Shown here: piece after piece, positions 41,401 through 48,989 of the stretch
Layout: the number at the start of each line of letters is the position of its first letter
How positions within the stretch are numbered: the stretch's first letter is position 1
Virus record (IMG/VR): IMGVR_UViG_3300027751_000012
Length of the DNA stretch: 64,000 bases
Reading direction: 5' to 3' (one strand)
DNA from: an uncultured virus (IMG/VR IMGVR_UViG_3300027751_000012)
Lineage: Duplodnaviria > Heunggongvirae > Uroviricota > Caudoviricetes
Program-made: the position numbers and the translations under genes
The notes under the pieces: generated by a model
Database searches by the model: none
What the model was told of the DNA's origin: nothing
The model's input: the letters and a program-made list of their open reading frames with translations, nothing else

Positions 41401-42840
41401 GGCTAGCTCTTGTGAGGTTGCCTGAGTTAGCTGTAGAACTCTTTGTGCTTGATTACCCTCAGCTACAACGTTTTGGAATAGTGTGGAAATACGTGCAAAC
41501 TGGAACTTTCCGAATAGCTCCTCAATTGCTCTGGCCCTGTTCAGGGGATCTAATGTATCTAAAGCTTGAGCAAATTGAATTACGGTGCTCTTGATGTCTC
41601 CTGCATTACCCTCTACGATACCATTAATGTTAATGCCAAGGCCACCGAGCATCTCTGTTGCTTTTGCAGTAGGGTTGATCATCTTTGCAAGACCAGACTT
41701 TAGTGCGTTAGCACCCTCTGAAGCATTGATGCCACCTTCCTTCATAGCTGTTAGGAAGAAGGCCAAGTCCTCTACGCTTCCACCTAGCTGCTGGATAACT
41801 GGTCCAGCCTTAGGAATTGCAATTGTCAAATCTTCAATAGCAGTTACAGTCTGGTTTTCTACTGCGTTTAGGAAGTCAATCTTTCCAGCAAGATCTTCTG
41901 CAGCAACACCAAAGGCATTCGTAATAGAGATAGTCGTCTCAAGTGCGTCTGCCTGCTCTACCCCACCAAGAACTGCTAGCCTAGTTGCCTCTGCTACCTG
42001 AGCAGTTAGGTCTGCACCCATCTTACCCATGGCAGCTGCGTCAGCAGCAAGGCCCATGGTATCGGCAATTGATACTCCATACTTTGTGAACTCAGATGCT
42101 AGCTTCTGAAGCTCCTTGGTCATTGCTTCGGTTTCAGCCTCAGTTGTGAATAGCTCACCGTACACACGCTTAAACCTAATAGCCTGTTCTTCCATCTCCT
42201 GGAATGTCTTCATTGCTGAAGAACCTAGAACTGCTAGTGGTAGGGTAAAACCAACCATGAGCTGGCGACCAGCCCACTGTGTATTCTTACCAAAGTTTAG
42301 AAGATTTGTAGATCCCTGCTTAAGTAGCTGATTAAAGATTTGCTGCTTCTGTGCAGTCATAGCAACCTGTGTTCCAAGGTTATCCATGTCTAGTGTAAGA
42401 GGTCTTACCTTAATTGCCTCGATTGCACCATTAGCAGTTTTACCAAGAGAGATAAATTGTGTCTGCATTGTCTTGACACGCTCACGTGCCACAAGCTCAA
42501 TGGTGTCAAATTCTTTTCTAAATGCCCTGCTGAAAGTCTTAGATGTAGCAGCACCATACTTGAAGTATTGGCCTAGGGAAAACTTGTTCTTTTCAAGGGC
42601 ATTTGTGAAGCTAGTGGCCCTGTCACTAATCGTAGTTAAGCTGCCAGAAAACTGCTTTGTGGCATTAACTGAATTTAAAAGATTTTTTGTAAGATTGTCT
42701 GAGACTGCTTTATTGGCAGCATTTCCAGAATTGCGGATGCTGGTATGAAAAGCTGATATCTGAGCTTGCAGATTTTTGATAGCTGATAACGCATTAGCGG
42801 TATCAATATTTACCTGTATATTAGACCTGATATCAGCCAT
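35494..42840 (-). CDS. tail tape measure protein
   Basis: 2448 aa, Ala/Leu-rich and helical, TP901-like core, hydrophobic segments, C-terminal GTDTVPAMLTPGEFVV; follows the tail chaperones. Confidence 0.93.
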   Translation of the reverse strand: MADIRSNIQVNIDTANALSAIKNLQAQISAFHTSIRNSGNAANKAVSDNLTKNLLNSVNATKQFSGSLTTISDRATSFTNALEKNKFSLGQYFKYGAATSKTFSRAFRKEFDTIELVARERVKTMQTQFISLGKTANGAIEAIKVRPLTLDMDNLGTQVAMTAQKQQIFNQLLKQGSTNLLNFGKNTQWAGRQLMVGFTLPLAVLGSSAMKTFQEMEEQAIRFKRVYGELFTTEAETEAMTKELQKLASEFTKYGVSIADTMGLAADAAAMGKMGADLTAQVAEATRLAVLGGVEQADALETTISITNAFGVAAEDLAGKIDFLNAVENQTVTAIEDLTIAIPKAGPVIQQLGGSVEDLAFFLTAMKEGGINASEGANALKSGLAKMINPTAKATEMLGGLGININGIVEGNAGDIKSTVIQFAQALDTLDPLNRARAIEELFGKFQFARISTLFQNVVAEGNQAQRVLQLTQATSQELAILSERELQRVEDSPLYKFQKSIEDLQKALAPIGQQFAELITPIVKFATDLLDKFNNLSSGVKSFITGTIATLGLLAPVALMVFGLLANGVANIIKGFGVVRSLFIGVSQAGTGLSASMGYMTQEHLEAATSANSLGAVHSNLINIFTSEQGAISNLRVAYEQATTAINRFNVASGTRVGKAPNGKGGLKLASGIVSVPGPKGAGDIVPAMLSPGEAVIPADKVQKYSSLISGMIADNIPGFERSNVQVKGATLAVGGAEFSSSSPKAAAELARTIDKLIEAAKLLGLSAEEAEQVVVALAKQTEAESKNKKITSESLRAQEEKQMGGGLGLAGNRTVGVREALEKDRLVMGNEGVTLSHAGTPVPLSNEQRQKLAAQMSPGTNRDRVLNMGKGLNAYSEEVFPTPAILNAKGGILSKGQAADIIRENPAGLAADAAQAAGLDPNSPAFKQFGQNVADELAADASAAFSDMDLTPAVNKAIDKMEDSAEKRVLQDRKKTFRTLGGGKGEKRFGLAKDVALDIGDGRKIEGGPNYIDRRDKKSSEARLAEHKKADKAVIALAKARIKEAEKQGKAEGTANGKAFAKARKQVLKKEKDSYVETRDRKSPHRLAPKDGADDGKAYGKARNKALSAEDKKIAKQAAAQKRSGRAGKAFGILGTATMVAGMATQVGGPIGEIAGKAMQILPALSAIVPALLALPAPIAIAVGAIGLLGFTLFKLHEGQKKASEAGRKLADSLAAGAGAMDDFSKFAGTVNPTELMARTRTSQFGDINVKTGKTEFGENYLASDPGKELVTSVEEGMLKLGKSPTVSRVVTQLGQAVASNILTKEQASNIVYALGNQLGDSTFALSVNGQLNELLGPDGENILTQGLEIQVRLNERSLNSVIGPTGSLTQLFSEGGGAERNWLTGIIGNVDWKKLGNLEGQVAGEINGVVQQIALGLDTLDARYLKQIQALKDSGDLTGALSKQKEYEEARAKLIASNEQMSNQLFGRITEIEERYDKALKSGYAVDAGLMTQYRSIEAVVNQSEELAKAFFDGNEEAKKLIETLSNSLVLSSETKLVFNAALASDTLSIDAAKAILEGDLKSTEIELVADMMIKYGAGTGQQMANILSMFTGDANAAQKKSDFLLMMDSQSTEEFNRVLNLLDMVTAYEGAIGKDGKLIFDAYMKDPKKLEALLGKLTELNDLADGNKLEYDVIINTDILGSDGLAALKQDAEYFKTLDPVQRFLYIQTMLTVEGTYSNSDVDSFLASKGIKPGGSSLSYSPGADRAITTGRYTAAQRTQGILDMMARDAQKITEAATTNIVTGEETEPTDTGTGSKSDPFANILTRLKQVRNAAINAAGGVAELMRVLGKGKELTLFKGISQQLTFAGYGKEFSSYISGLDEETRSKFVSIENGVVKVTAAGKAMSRAFSEAALGDYQLSLVQGVSDINKQIQAVTTLTSRGLSLNDSYEIASDANLAYAIATAATTEEVDELIFRFQKLQEAQEKWANTTPEGIEQGLSKAFASIKEFFAAQEEAVNLAFQSDTSYLTNATDGLITKAAQEIEDYQYLLDDLNYELDGIAKQEDAINKKYDERVEALNKVYEINADLASQEKGKLDIASALASGDIAAAARAIQEQRRQQAEQQRKKSEAILEASRQKELTSVTSSNNRTRLDIENEIKDITEKIAVIEEERLEPNQKLLKDAERLRDVNLEAIGNDGYLNKTKAEWALVENGIRLAKVESEGYSTSILAAISNIEKLKALYNDPATFTAKLPEDFNPVSQNPTATDSGSSSTSGSSSSSGSSTDPDPTSSKDPGPMPPYNPGTGKYWKLKNNKWTAATIPPKPSYTPLNTYWKFDTAKGQWTSVKKTTTTTSGGGGGSVMYRSTGGMVPKYFAAGGYARGTDTVPAMLTPGEFVVRKYAVDKFGADNLKAINSGANLGGTMYNSYEVNVNVKSDSNPDQIARAVMNQIKQVDSQRLRSNRF

Positions 42841-42862
42841 TCATTAAGCACCTCGTGTTGTT

Positions 42863-43189
42863 CTACTTATTAGGTAGAGAGTTACCACCTAAAGCTTCTG
42901 TCATATTAATGCCAGATGCTTCTTCAATGATCTTATAGACGGTTGGTAGATCTATATTATCCTCTAGTGCTTTGATGTCTCCTGCAAGATCAGCGTTATA
43001 CTGTTTCATTGCGATCTGGACACAAGCCATGAGAATATCCATTGACTTTTCATTGTTGTCTGCAACATCTGCGATGTCCTCGAACTTCTTTGTGAAGTCA
43101 CGAAGCAACGAGATCTTTAGCGGGCGAACGTTAATCTCTGTCCCATCAATTAGCTTTAGAACCTTGTTTTCGTTAACGGTTGTAGCCAT
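42863..43189 (-). CDS. tail assembly chaperone, short (G-like) form
   Basis: Between tail tube and tape measure; homologous to the N-half of 43254..43934. Confidence 0.7.
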   Translation of the reverse strand: MATTVNENKVLKLIDGTEINVRPLKISLLRDFTKKFEDIADVADNNEKSMDILMACVQIAMKQYNADLAGDIKALEDNIDLPTVYKIIEEASGINMTEALGGNSLPNK

Positions 43190-43226
43190 TGTCTCCTCTT
43201 CCTTTTACCACTTGTTGTGATTACTA

Positions 43227-43235
43227 ATTATACCA
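43227..43235 (-). promoter_or_regulatory. extended -10 TGGTATAAT
   Basis: Intergenic, upstream of the RBS-led gene starting at 43189. Confidence 0.6.
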
Positions 43236-43253
43236 TACAGAGCCTTGTTTTTA

Positions 43254-43934
43254 CTAGAGTTTCTCGTAGGAAAGCCCCATTCCAATGCCAAATCCAGCAT
43301 CGGCAGCCTTCTTACCTGTCAGTGACGTGACATCGTTTTCCTGCTCCTCTGTCTTCTTTGGGCCGAACACCTTTTCCTTTAGCTTTGTCCACTCATCCTG
43401 TCTACCTTGATCCTTCTCCAAGTCTACCCCCTGGATAGCTGCAAGAAACTTCTTATCAGCATAGTCTGATTCGCTCTTAGACTCCAATATTGCAATAAGC
43501 TCTGGCATGGAGATTGAGGTCTCTAGCTCATAGAAGTCTTTCCAGATTCCCAACAAAAATGCTTTTGATTCTAGCTTAACTAAATCTAGTTCTTCCCAGC
43601 TAGAGCCAGAGCCTTCACCAACTGGCTTGGAGCCACTCTCGGCTTTCTCTGAAAAGGAGATTCCTCCAGCAATTTCTACAACCTTATACATCGTTTTTAT
43701 GTCCATACTATCAGCTACTAATTCTGGGGATGCTATCTCTGGTCTAAACTGATTCATAGCAAAGGCAACGCACTCAATGAGAACATCTATCTTTTCATCT
43801 TCTGTGGATGCATTTTCTATTTCTGAAAACTTAGACATAAAATCTCTTAGGTAAAATATCTTTAGTGGGGTAATATAAATCTGGGTTCCGTCAATTAACT
43901 CTACAGTAGAGCTCTCATACACTTTATTGGCCAT
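43254..43934 (-). CDS. tail assembly chaperone, long (GT-like) form
   Basis: N-half homologous to 42863..43189, Gly/Ser linker, then a T-like domain (WKDFYELETSISMPEL). Confidence 0.7.
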   Translation of the reverse strand: MANKVYESSTVELIDGTQIYITPLKIFYLRDFMSKFSEIENASTEDEKIDVLIECVAFAMNQFRPEIASPELVADSMDIKTMYKVVEIAGGISFSEKAESGSKPVGEGSGSSWEELDLVKLESKAFLLGIWKDFYELETSISMPELIAILESKSESDYADKKFLAAIQGVDLEKDQGRQDEWTKLKEKVFGPKKTEEQENDVTSLTGKKAADAGFGIGMGLSYEKL

Positions 43935-43939
43935 ACTCC

Positions 43940-43948
43940 ATTATAGCA
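43940..43948 (-). promoter_or_regulatory. extended -10 TGCTATAAT, leaderless spacing
   Basis: 5 nt before ATG at 43934; abuts the terminator T-tract. Confidence 0.6.
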
Positions 43949-43979
43949 AAAAACTGCCCCAGCCGTAGCCAGGGCAGTT
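43948..43979 (-). terminator. intrinsic terminator after the major tail gene
   Basis: AACTGCCCTGGC-TACG-GCTGGGGCAGTT hairpin running into a T tract. Confidence 0.85.
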
Positions 43980-44002
43980 CTATTAAGTTATATTTGCAGC
44001 TA

Positions 44003-44641
44003 TTAGCTAGCTGGGATTGTGCGGTCAACGATCTTACCGTATGCACCAGAGTCGTTTGGTAGCAATCGGAATGATACGTCGAACATAGAAGCCTCGTCAC
44101 GCTTTGCAGAAACTGTAACATTGTCAATCGACAACGCACGGTATGCAACGTAGACACGCTCTACCTGCTCTGTTGGAGCACAGTCACCTGTACCAGGACC
44201 AACAGCAACAAGTCCACGCTCTACTGGACACTCACCCAAGTTACCAGCGTTGATCAATAGCTCCTGAGAGTTTGATCCGATGCCAGTTCCTGTAAGGGAA
44301 GATAGGTCGTTGTCAGATGCAGCAATTGCAACTAGCAAGTTCTCTAGAGTAGCCTCAGCAAAAGTTGTGTTCATGTTTACCTGCATGCCCTGCTTGTACA
44401 GCTTAGCAACGTCAAGAACCTGGTCAACCTGTACTTCACCGAAGTCTGGCTGGAACTGAAGCTCCAAACCGTTCATGGTGTAACCTACGTTTGTGAAGTC
44501 AAGGTCGTCCGAGAGATCCTCGCGGAATGACTGAGCTGCAGTGTAGGCTGGTAGGTCTGCGTCGGTTAGTGTTGTACCGTACGTAAACAAAGATGCGGCA
44601 CCAACGATAATGTTGGTACTCGAACCACGTGTATATGCCAT
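44003..44641 (-). CDS. major tail tube protein
   Basis: NIIVGAA, VGYTMNGL, VDQ and TTFAEATLENL motifs; position; followed by a terminator. Confidence 0.8.
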   Translation of the reverse strand: MAYTRGSSTNIIVGAASLFTYGTTLTDADLPAYTAAQSFREDLSDDLDFTNVGYTMNGLELQFQPDFGEVQVDQVLDVAKLYKQGMQVNMNTTFAEATLENLLVAIAASDNDLSSLTGTGIGSNSQELLINAGNLGECPVERGLVAVGPGTGDCAPTEQVERVYVAYRALSIDNVTVSAKRDEASMFDVSFRLLPNDSGAYGKIVDRTIPAS

Positions 44642-44719
44642 AATTTATTCACCTCATTTTCGTTAGAATAATTGGGCGTGTTTCCTCATTACTAATTATA
44701 CAGGACGATTATGATATAA

Positions 44720-45268
44720 TTACGATTTGTGCCAATTATAGTCAATAATTATTTTGTTACCTGCAAAAGTTCTGGCTGTTCCAAAGTCAACAATGTCCCT
44801 GGTTTCTTCTAACTGGTAAACCTTGATGTCATGAAAGTATACAAACTCAAATGGGGTGCCTGCCTCATCTACCAGAGGATTGTCTGAGCTTTGCCTTGCA
44901 CGAATCCAGTCATTCAAGTCCTGTGCAGACTCATCACCGTTATCTAGCAAGTCTTGAACTTGCTGGGCAACCTCAATTATAAATGGAATGGGGTTTTCAC
45001 CAGTAGCGTAAAAATAGTAAAGTAGCTGCTCTGACTTTATGTGTGGGAATGGGCTTCTCCTCATTTTAAACATTCTATCGTATACAGCAAACTGACCATT
45101 TCCATTTGGAAAGGTTTCGGTTAGTGTATCAATATCTGTGGGGCTAGTAGGAAAAAATGGAAGTGTCGTATCTCCATCAAAGCCGTTCAGTGGGTTGTCG
45201 GAAAAGTATTCGGAGACCTTTTCTTGCATATAAGCATTAAGAAAAACTGGTGGGTAGTAAATTGACAT
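44720..45268 (-). CDS. putative tail terminator protein
   Basis: Position immediately upstream of the tail tube gene. Confidence 0.5.
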   Translation of the reverse strand: MSIYYPPVFLNAYMQEKVSEYFSDNPLNGFDGDTTLPFFPTSPTDIDTLTETFPNGNGQFAVYDRMFKMRRSPFPHIKSEQLLYYFYATGENPIPFIIEVAQQVQDLLDNGDESAQDLNDWIRARQSSDNPLVDEAGTPFEFVYFHDIKVYQLEETRDIVDFGTARTFAGNKIIIDYNWHKS

Positions 45269-45936
45269 TATGCTGCTGCACCTCCTGATGCCCAGTTATA
45301 TCCAACGGTCTTTCCGTAGGACTTTCCTCCACGGAGGCCCCTCTGCATATTATTCGCATAAGGAAATGGGTTCTTTAAGTAGTCGAATATTCCACTGGAC
45401 CTAATGTATGACTGAGTAAAGTAGCTCTCAAAGAAGGAATTAATTACTCGATCAAATGACCCAGTGGTTTCTTGCCCTCCAGGATTTGTAACAACAACTG
45501 GCTTGCTTGTAAAGACCTGCTCACCATTATCATTAAATGCTAGGACTCTGCCCTTGGGTCTAATTGTTACTGGGATTCCTTCTTCCATAATCCTAGCCTT
45601 ATCATAGAATGGCGTTGTTGAACCATCTTGAATTGACGTTGACTGTCTAAAGGTTGAGTTAAAGGATAGGCCAGCACCAGTAACCAAATAGTCAATATCA
45701 AATAGTCTTCCAGCTGGTGTGCCTGTCATTGACCACTCGTATATATGGTTTAGTGCTGAGGGGTTTACCCTAGCATTTGAGTCTACAAAATTCTTTAATG
45801 CCTCTATGACATCTTTGCCTAGCTTATTTAGTATTGCTGACTTAGCAAGCTCTGTGCCCTCAAGGAAGCCCTGTGTATACTGAACTAGAGAGTTCATATC
45901 TTTCATCAGCTGCTTGTCATTAAATACTACCTTCAT
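45268..45936 (-). CDS. putative neck/tail completion protein
   Basis: Position; ARIMEEG..IRPK..VLAF motif. Confidence 0.5.
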   Translation of the reverse strand: MKVVFNDKQLMKDMNSLVQYTQGFLEGTELAKSAILNKLGKDVIEALKNFVDSNARVNPSALNHIYEWSMTGTPAGRLFDIDYLVTGAGLSFNSTFRQSTSIQDGSTTPFYDKARIMEEGIPVTIRPKGRVLAFNDNGEQVFTSKPVVVTNPGGQETTGSFDRVINSFFESYFTQSYIRSSGIFDYLKNPFPYANNMQRGLRGGKSYGKTVGYNWASGGAAA

Positions 45937-46385
45937 TAAATATCTACCGCCTGGTTCTCAGACCTACGCAATACGATCTTGTAATACTCTACGCTTCCAA
46001 ATGGACCTACAAATGGTTCCTGGCTTGCTACCTCAAAGATAGTTGACTTGTTTACTCTAGACCCAGAAGTTTCTACATAGATTGGATTACAGTTGCTATC
46101 TTTGATGTTTGTGACTACAATATTTGTAATGGCATTATTTCCATCTGAAGATGATATTCTTAGGTCTCCCTTGGACCTGCCAACAAGTATCTTTTCCTGT
46201 GTTATGTTGACGTTAGGAGCTACCTCTTCTTTCATGGCAGTTCCTGGTGTAGACAGGCTTAGACTTATTGTCCTATCAAACATCCATTGCTTTTTAACGT
46301 TACCGTAGGAGCCTTGCTCAACTATTGGGTGGTATATTTCTGCCGATAGCGGAAATTGGTAATCTCCCGTATTGCAGTCTGCCAT
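45936..46385 (-). CDS. putative head-closure (stopper) protein
   Basis: Position and size; ends KIVLRRSE. Confidence 0.5.
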   Translation of the reverse strand: MADCNTGDYQFPLSAEIYHPIVEQGSYGNVKKQWMFDRTISLSLSTPGTAMKEEVAPNVNITQEKILVGRSKGDLRISSSDGNNAITNIVVTNIKDSNCNPIYVETSGSRVNKSTIFEVASQEPFVGPFGSVEYYKIVLRRSENQAVDI

Positions 46386-47266
46386 TATAACACTCCAAGT
46401 TTGGTGATTGACTTGTGGTACTTGGATAAAATCTTATCTACAATTAGGTTTCCAGTACCTTCAAAAATAGCCTTGTCGAACTGAATCTTAAACTGGTCAG
46501 TGTTGTAGCTTGTTACGTACCTCTTATAGTACTCTAGCTTTCCACACTCAATATCATTAATCAGTAGCTCTGTTGCCTTTACGATATCGGACGGTACCGT
46601 TGGGTATCCATGATCAACTACAACCCTGTAGTCATTTCTCTTTGGAAAGTCTAGATATGTGTATCCTACAACTCCGCTATCAGAGGCTGCTGCAGGCAAC
46701 ATAATTGGTGCACCTTCTGATCTGTTGTCTGTTCCCTCTACAACAACCACAATGGCTGTTTTATCCTTTGACATTGCAAAAGTTCTGTCAGTTACCAGAA
46801 CGTTGTTTTCATAAACTTCGTTAACCTTGATGACTCTATCCCATACTGGAAGAAAGTCTGTACCATTACCAGGAACCTCTAGGGTCTTTTTTTGGTAATA
46901 GAATCCATCTGGAATGACTGAGTCAATAACTGCCCTGGCTAATTCCTCATTGGCAGCATAGGCAGCTATTTCAGAAGCTGTTGTTGCTTTATTGACTGCA
47001 AGAACGTATGGCCTAACTACCTCATATGTATCGTGAATTACAATTGCTCCGTCTGCAGTGGTGATCTCAATGTAGTAATTGTTATCATACTTAGCACTCA
47101 AGCTAATAGAAAACTCTTCTCCAGACTCACCAGAAAACTCTTGAGTGGATACAGAAAGATCCGCCATATCTGTAATTGAAGCAGTAAACGTTTGACTAGA
47201 AAACCCAGTCGGTATAGTAAGTGTTGCTTCTACAACATCATATGGCGGAACTCTCAGTATTTCCAT
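46385..47266 (-). CDS. head-tail adaptor protein
   Basis: GYPTVPSDIVKATELL and TGNLIVDKILSKY motifs; position. Confidence 0.6.
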   Translation of the reverse strand: MEILRVPPYDVVEATLTIPTGFSSQTFTASITDMADLSVSTQEFSGESGEEFSISLSAKYDNNYYIEITTADGAIVIHDTYEVVRPYVLAVNKATTASEIAAYAANEELARAVIDSVIPDGFYYQKKTLEVPGNGTDFLPVWDRVIKVNEVYENNVLVTDRTFAMSKDKTAIVVVVEGTDNRSEGAPIMLPAAASDSGVVGYTYLDFPKRNDYRVVVDHGYPTVPSDIVKATELLINDIECGKLEYYKRYVTSYNTDQFKIQFDKAIFEGTGNLIVDKILSKYHKSITKLGVL

Positions 47267-47272
47267 TATAGC

Positions 47273-47731
47273 TTAAAGCTCCTTGGATACCTCGGCAGCA
47301 TCAGCTACACGAATGTGGTCTCGTCCAATCCACTTGTCTGCCTGAGACTTTGGAACTAGATTAAGTCCAGTTAGGACTCTACCCACACCAACCCAAGTTA
47401 CATTACGTGTTGAGTATAGTGCTACAGTCTCTTCCTTGTCAGATGCCTGCTTTGCAGCTGGCTTCTTCTTTGCTGGCTTCTTCTTTGTGCCAGTTCCGAT
47501 GACTCCGTCAGCAACTGGTGCTAGGGCCTGCTCTACTGGCTCTGCGTCTACTGGACGCTCTGGGGATGAAATAACTTCATCTCCCTTTACTTCTTCAGCT
47601 AGCTCTACAGCTGGCTCTTCTGCAACTTCTGGCTCTACAGAAACTTCTTCCACTGGACGCTCAAACTCTGTTCCGTCCTGGACAAATCCGTCTCCATCAC
47701 CATCTGTGGCTTCTGGGTTAAACTCTGCCAT
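47273..47731 (-). CDS. acidic hypothetical protein downstream of the capsid gene
   Basis: DGDGDGFVQDG motif, Glu/Pro-rich linker and Lys-rich patch; own promoter and AGGAGG RBS. Confidence 0.7.
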   Translation of the reverse strand: MAEFNPEATDGDGDGFVQDGTEFERPVEEVSVEPEVAEEPAVELAEEVKGDEVISSPERPVDAEPVEQALAPVADGVIGTGTKKKPAKKKPAAKQASDKEETVALYSTRNVTWVGVGRVLTGLNLVPKSQADKWIGRDHIRVADAAEVSKEL

Positions 47732-47755
47732 TTCTCCTCCTAAGGTTCTTTTAAT

Positions 47756-47764
47756 ATTATAGCA
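47756..47764 (-). promoter_or_regulatory. extended -10 TGCTATAAT
   Basis: Just downstream of the capsid terminator, upstream of 47731. Confidence 0.6.
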
Positions 47765-47767
47765 GAT

Positions 47768-47810
47768 AAAAATGAAAGGGACAGAGGCCAGATAGCCCCT
47801 GCCCCTCTCA
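47768..47810 (-). terminator. intrinsic terminator after the major capsid gene
   Basis: TGAGAGGGGCAGGGGC-TATCT-GGCCTCTGTCCCTTTCA imperfect hairpin followed by TTTT. Confidence 0.75.
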
Positions 47811-47826
47811 AGGTTATTCAGTTGGA

Positions 47827-48960
47827 TTAAGCGTCAGCTGCTGCATCCGCAAATGCAATAGCGTCTTCCTCTTCCCACTGGATGCCGAAGCGGACGAATA
47901 CGGTGTATTCAATGGTGTCCTTCTTGGCCTTGTATTCACGGTTTACTGTGATGTCTCGCTGGAATCCCCATACACGGTTCTGTGGGAATGTCAGGTCGAT
48001 GTAGCCAGCTGGGTAGTAAGGAACTTCCTGGACCTCAACACCTAGAACACGGGTAGTGCGAGCACCACCGAATGTCTGACCGCTTCCGCCTAGGTAGGCT
48101 TCACGACCTGCTGGTGTTCCTGCAGCACCTGGGTGAGAGCCAAAGGCCTCAGCAATAGCGTCTGCAAGGGTTCCGTTGTTCTTTACGATGCCCTGGAATA
48201 CGTCTGTACCTGCATAGAACTTAAGGTTGTTCTTGATTGCACGGTACTTACGTGGCATGGCTAGGATGATGTTCTGCATAACCTCTGGGGTCCATGCATT
48301 GTTTGCAACAGTTACGACTGACTCGTGTGCTCCACCAGTCTTTGCCTTGTTGACAAATCCATCCATGATCGACAGGAAGTCTCCTGTAGATCCATCACCG
48401 TTAATTGCTAGGTCCTCGATGTCATTTGCAAAAGCATTTGTCATCAAGCGTACTAGGTGGTCCTCAAGGGCTGCACCCTCGACGCCATCTTCTAGGGCCT
48501 CAGCTGAGACCTCCCAGTCCAAACGGATCTTCTTTGTTGTTAGCTCAACCTTGGTAAACTGAGCACCAGTGTTGGTGTAGTCACCGACAGCTTGTGCAGC
48601 TGCACGGATAACCCTCTCTCCAACATTGACCTTCTCGAGCTCCATGGTGTTTGCACGCATAGTAACTCTGCGACCATCTTTGGCGAGTACAGTTGCATCC
48701 CATACGTAGTCAATAAAACGACGTGCCTGTTCAGGGCGTAGGATACCACTACCTGCATCACCAGAAGGGTTTACAGCGTTACCACCAGATGTTAGGCCAT
48801 ACTCGGCTGTTGGAATGTTGCCCAATGTGCTTGCACCTGGGTCAGTCACACCACCAATACCACCAGATGCGAATGCACCCTGACCTTGGAATGTACCAGG
48901 TGCTGTTCCACCTAGCTCACCAGTTTCACCTGGCTGATTTTTGATAATCTCTTCCGACAT
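47827..48960 (-). CDS. major capsid protein (HK97 fold)
   Basis: GILRPEQARRFID, VSAEALED and FANDIEDLAINGD; follows protease/scaffold; AGGAGG RBS and terminator. Confidence 0.9.
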   Translation of the reverse strand: MSEEIIKNQPGETGELGGTAPGTFQGQGAFASGGIGGVTDPGASTLGNIPTAEYGLTSGGNAVNPSGDAGSGILRPEQARRFIDYVWDATVLAKDGRRVTMRANTMELEKVNVGERVIRAAAQAVGDYTNTGAQFTKVELTTKKIRLDWEVSAEALEDGVEGAALEDHLVRLMTNAFANDIEDLAINGDGSTGDFLSIMDGFVNKAKTGGAHESVVTVANNAWTPEVMQNIILAMPRKYRAIKNNLKFYAGTDVFQGIVKNNGTLADAIAEAFGSHPGAAGTPAGREAYLGGSGQTFGGARTTRVLGVEVQEVPYYPAGYIDLTFPQNRVWGFQRDITVNREYKAKKDTIEYTVFVRFGIQWEEEDAIAFADAAADA

Positions 48961-48989
48961 ATTGTCACCTCCTAAGTGATTGTTTTGTC

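Noticed and set aside
42841..42900. Programmed -1 frameshift at the end of the short tail chaperone
   Set aside because: No XXXYYYZ slippery heptamer, and only 22 nt separate the stop from the tape measure start, leaving no room for a T domain.
47265..47273. AGCTATAAT as a promoter for 46385..47266
   Set aside because: The box overlaps the ATG itself (TATAATG), so a transcript from it would start inside the gene.
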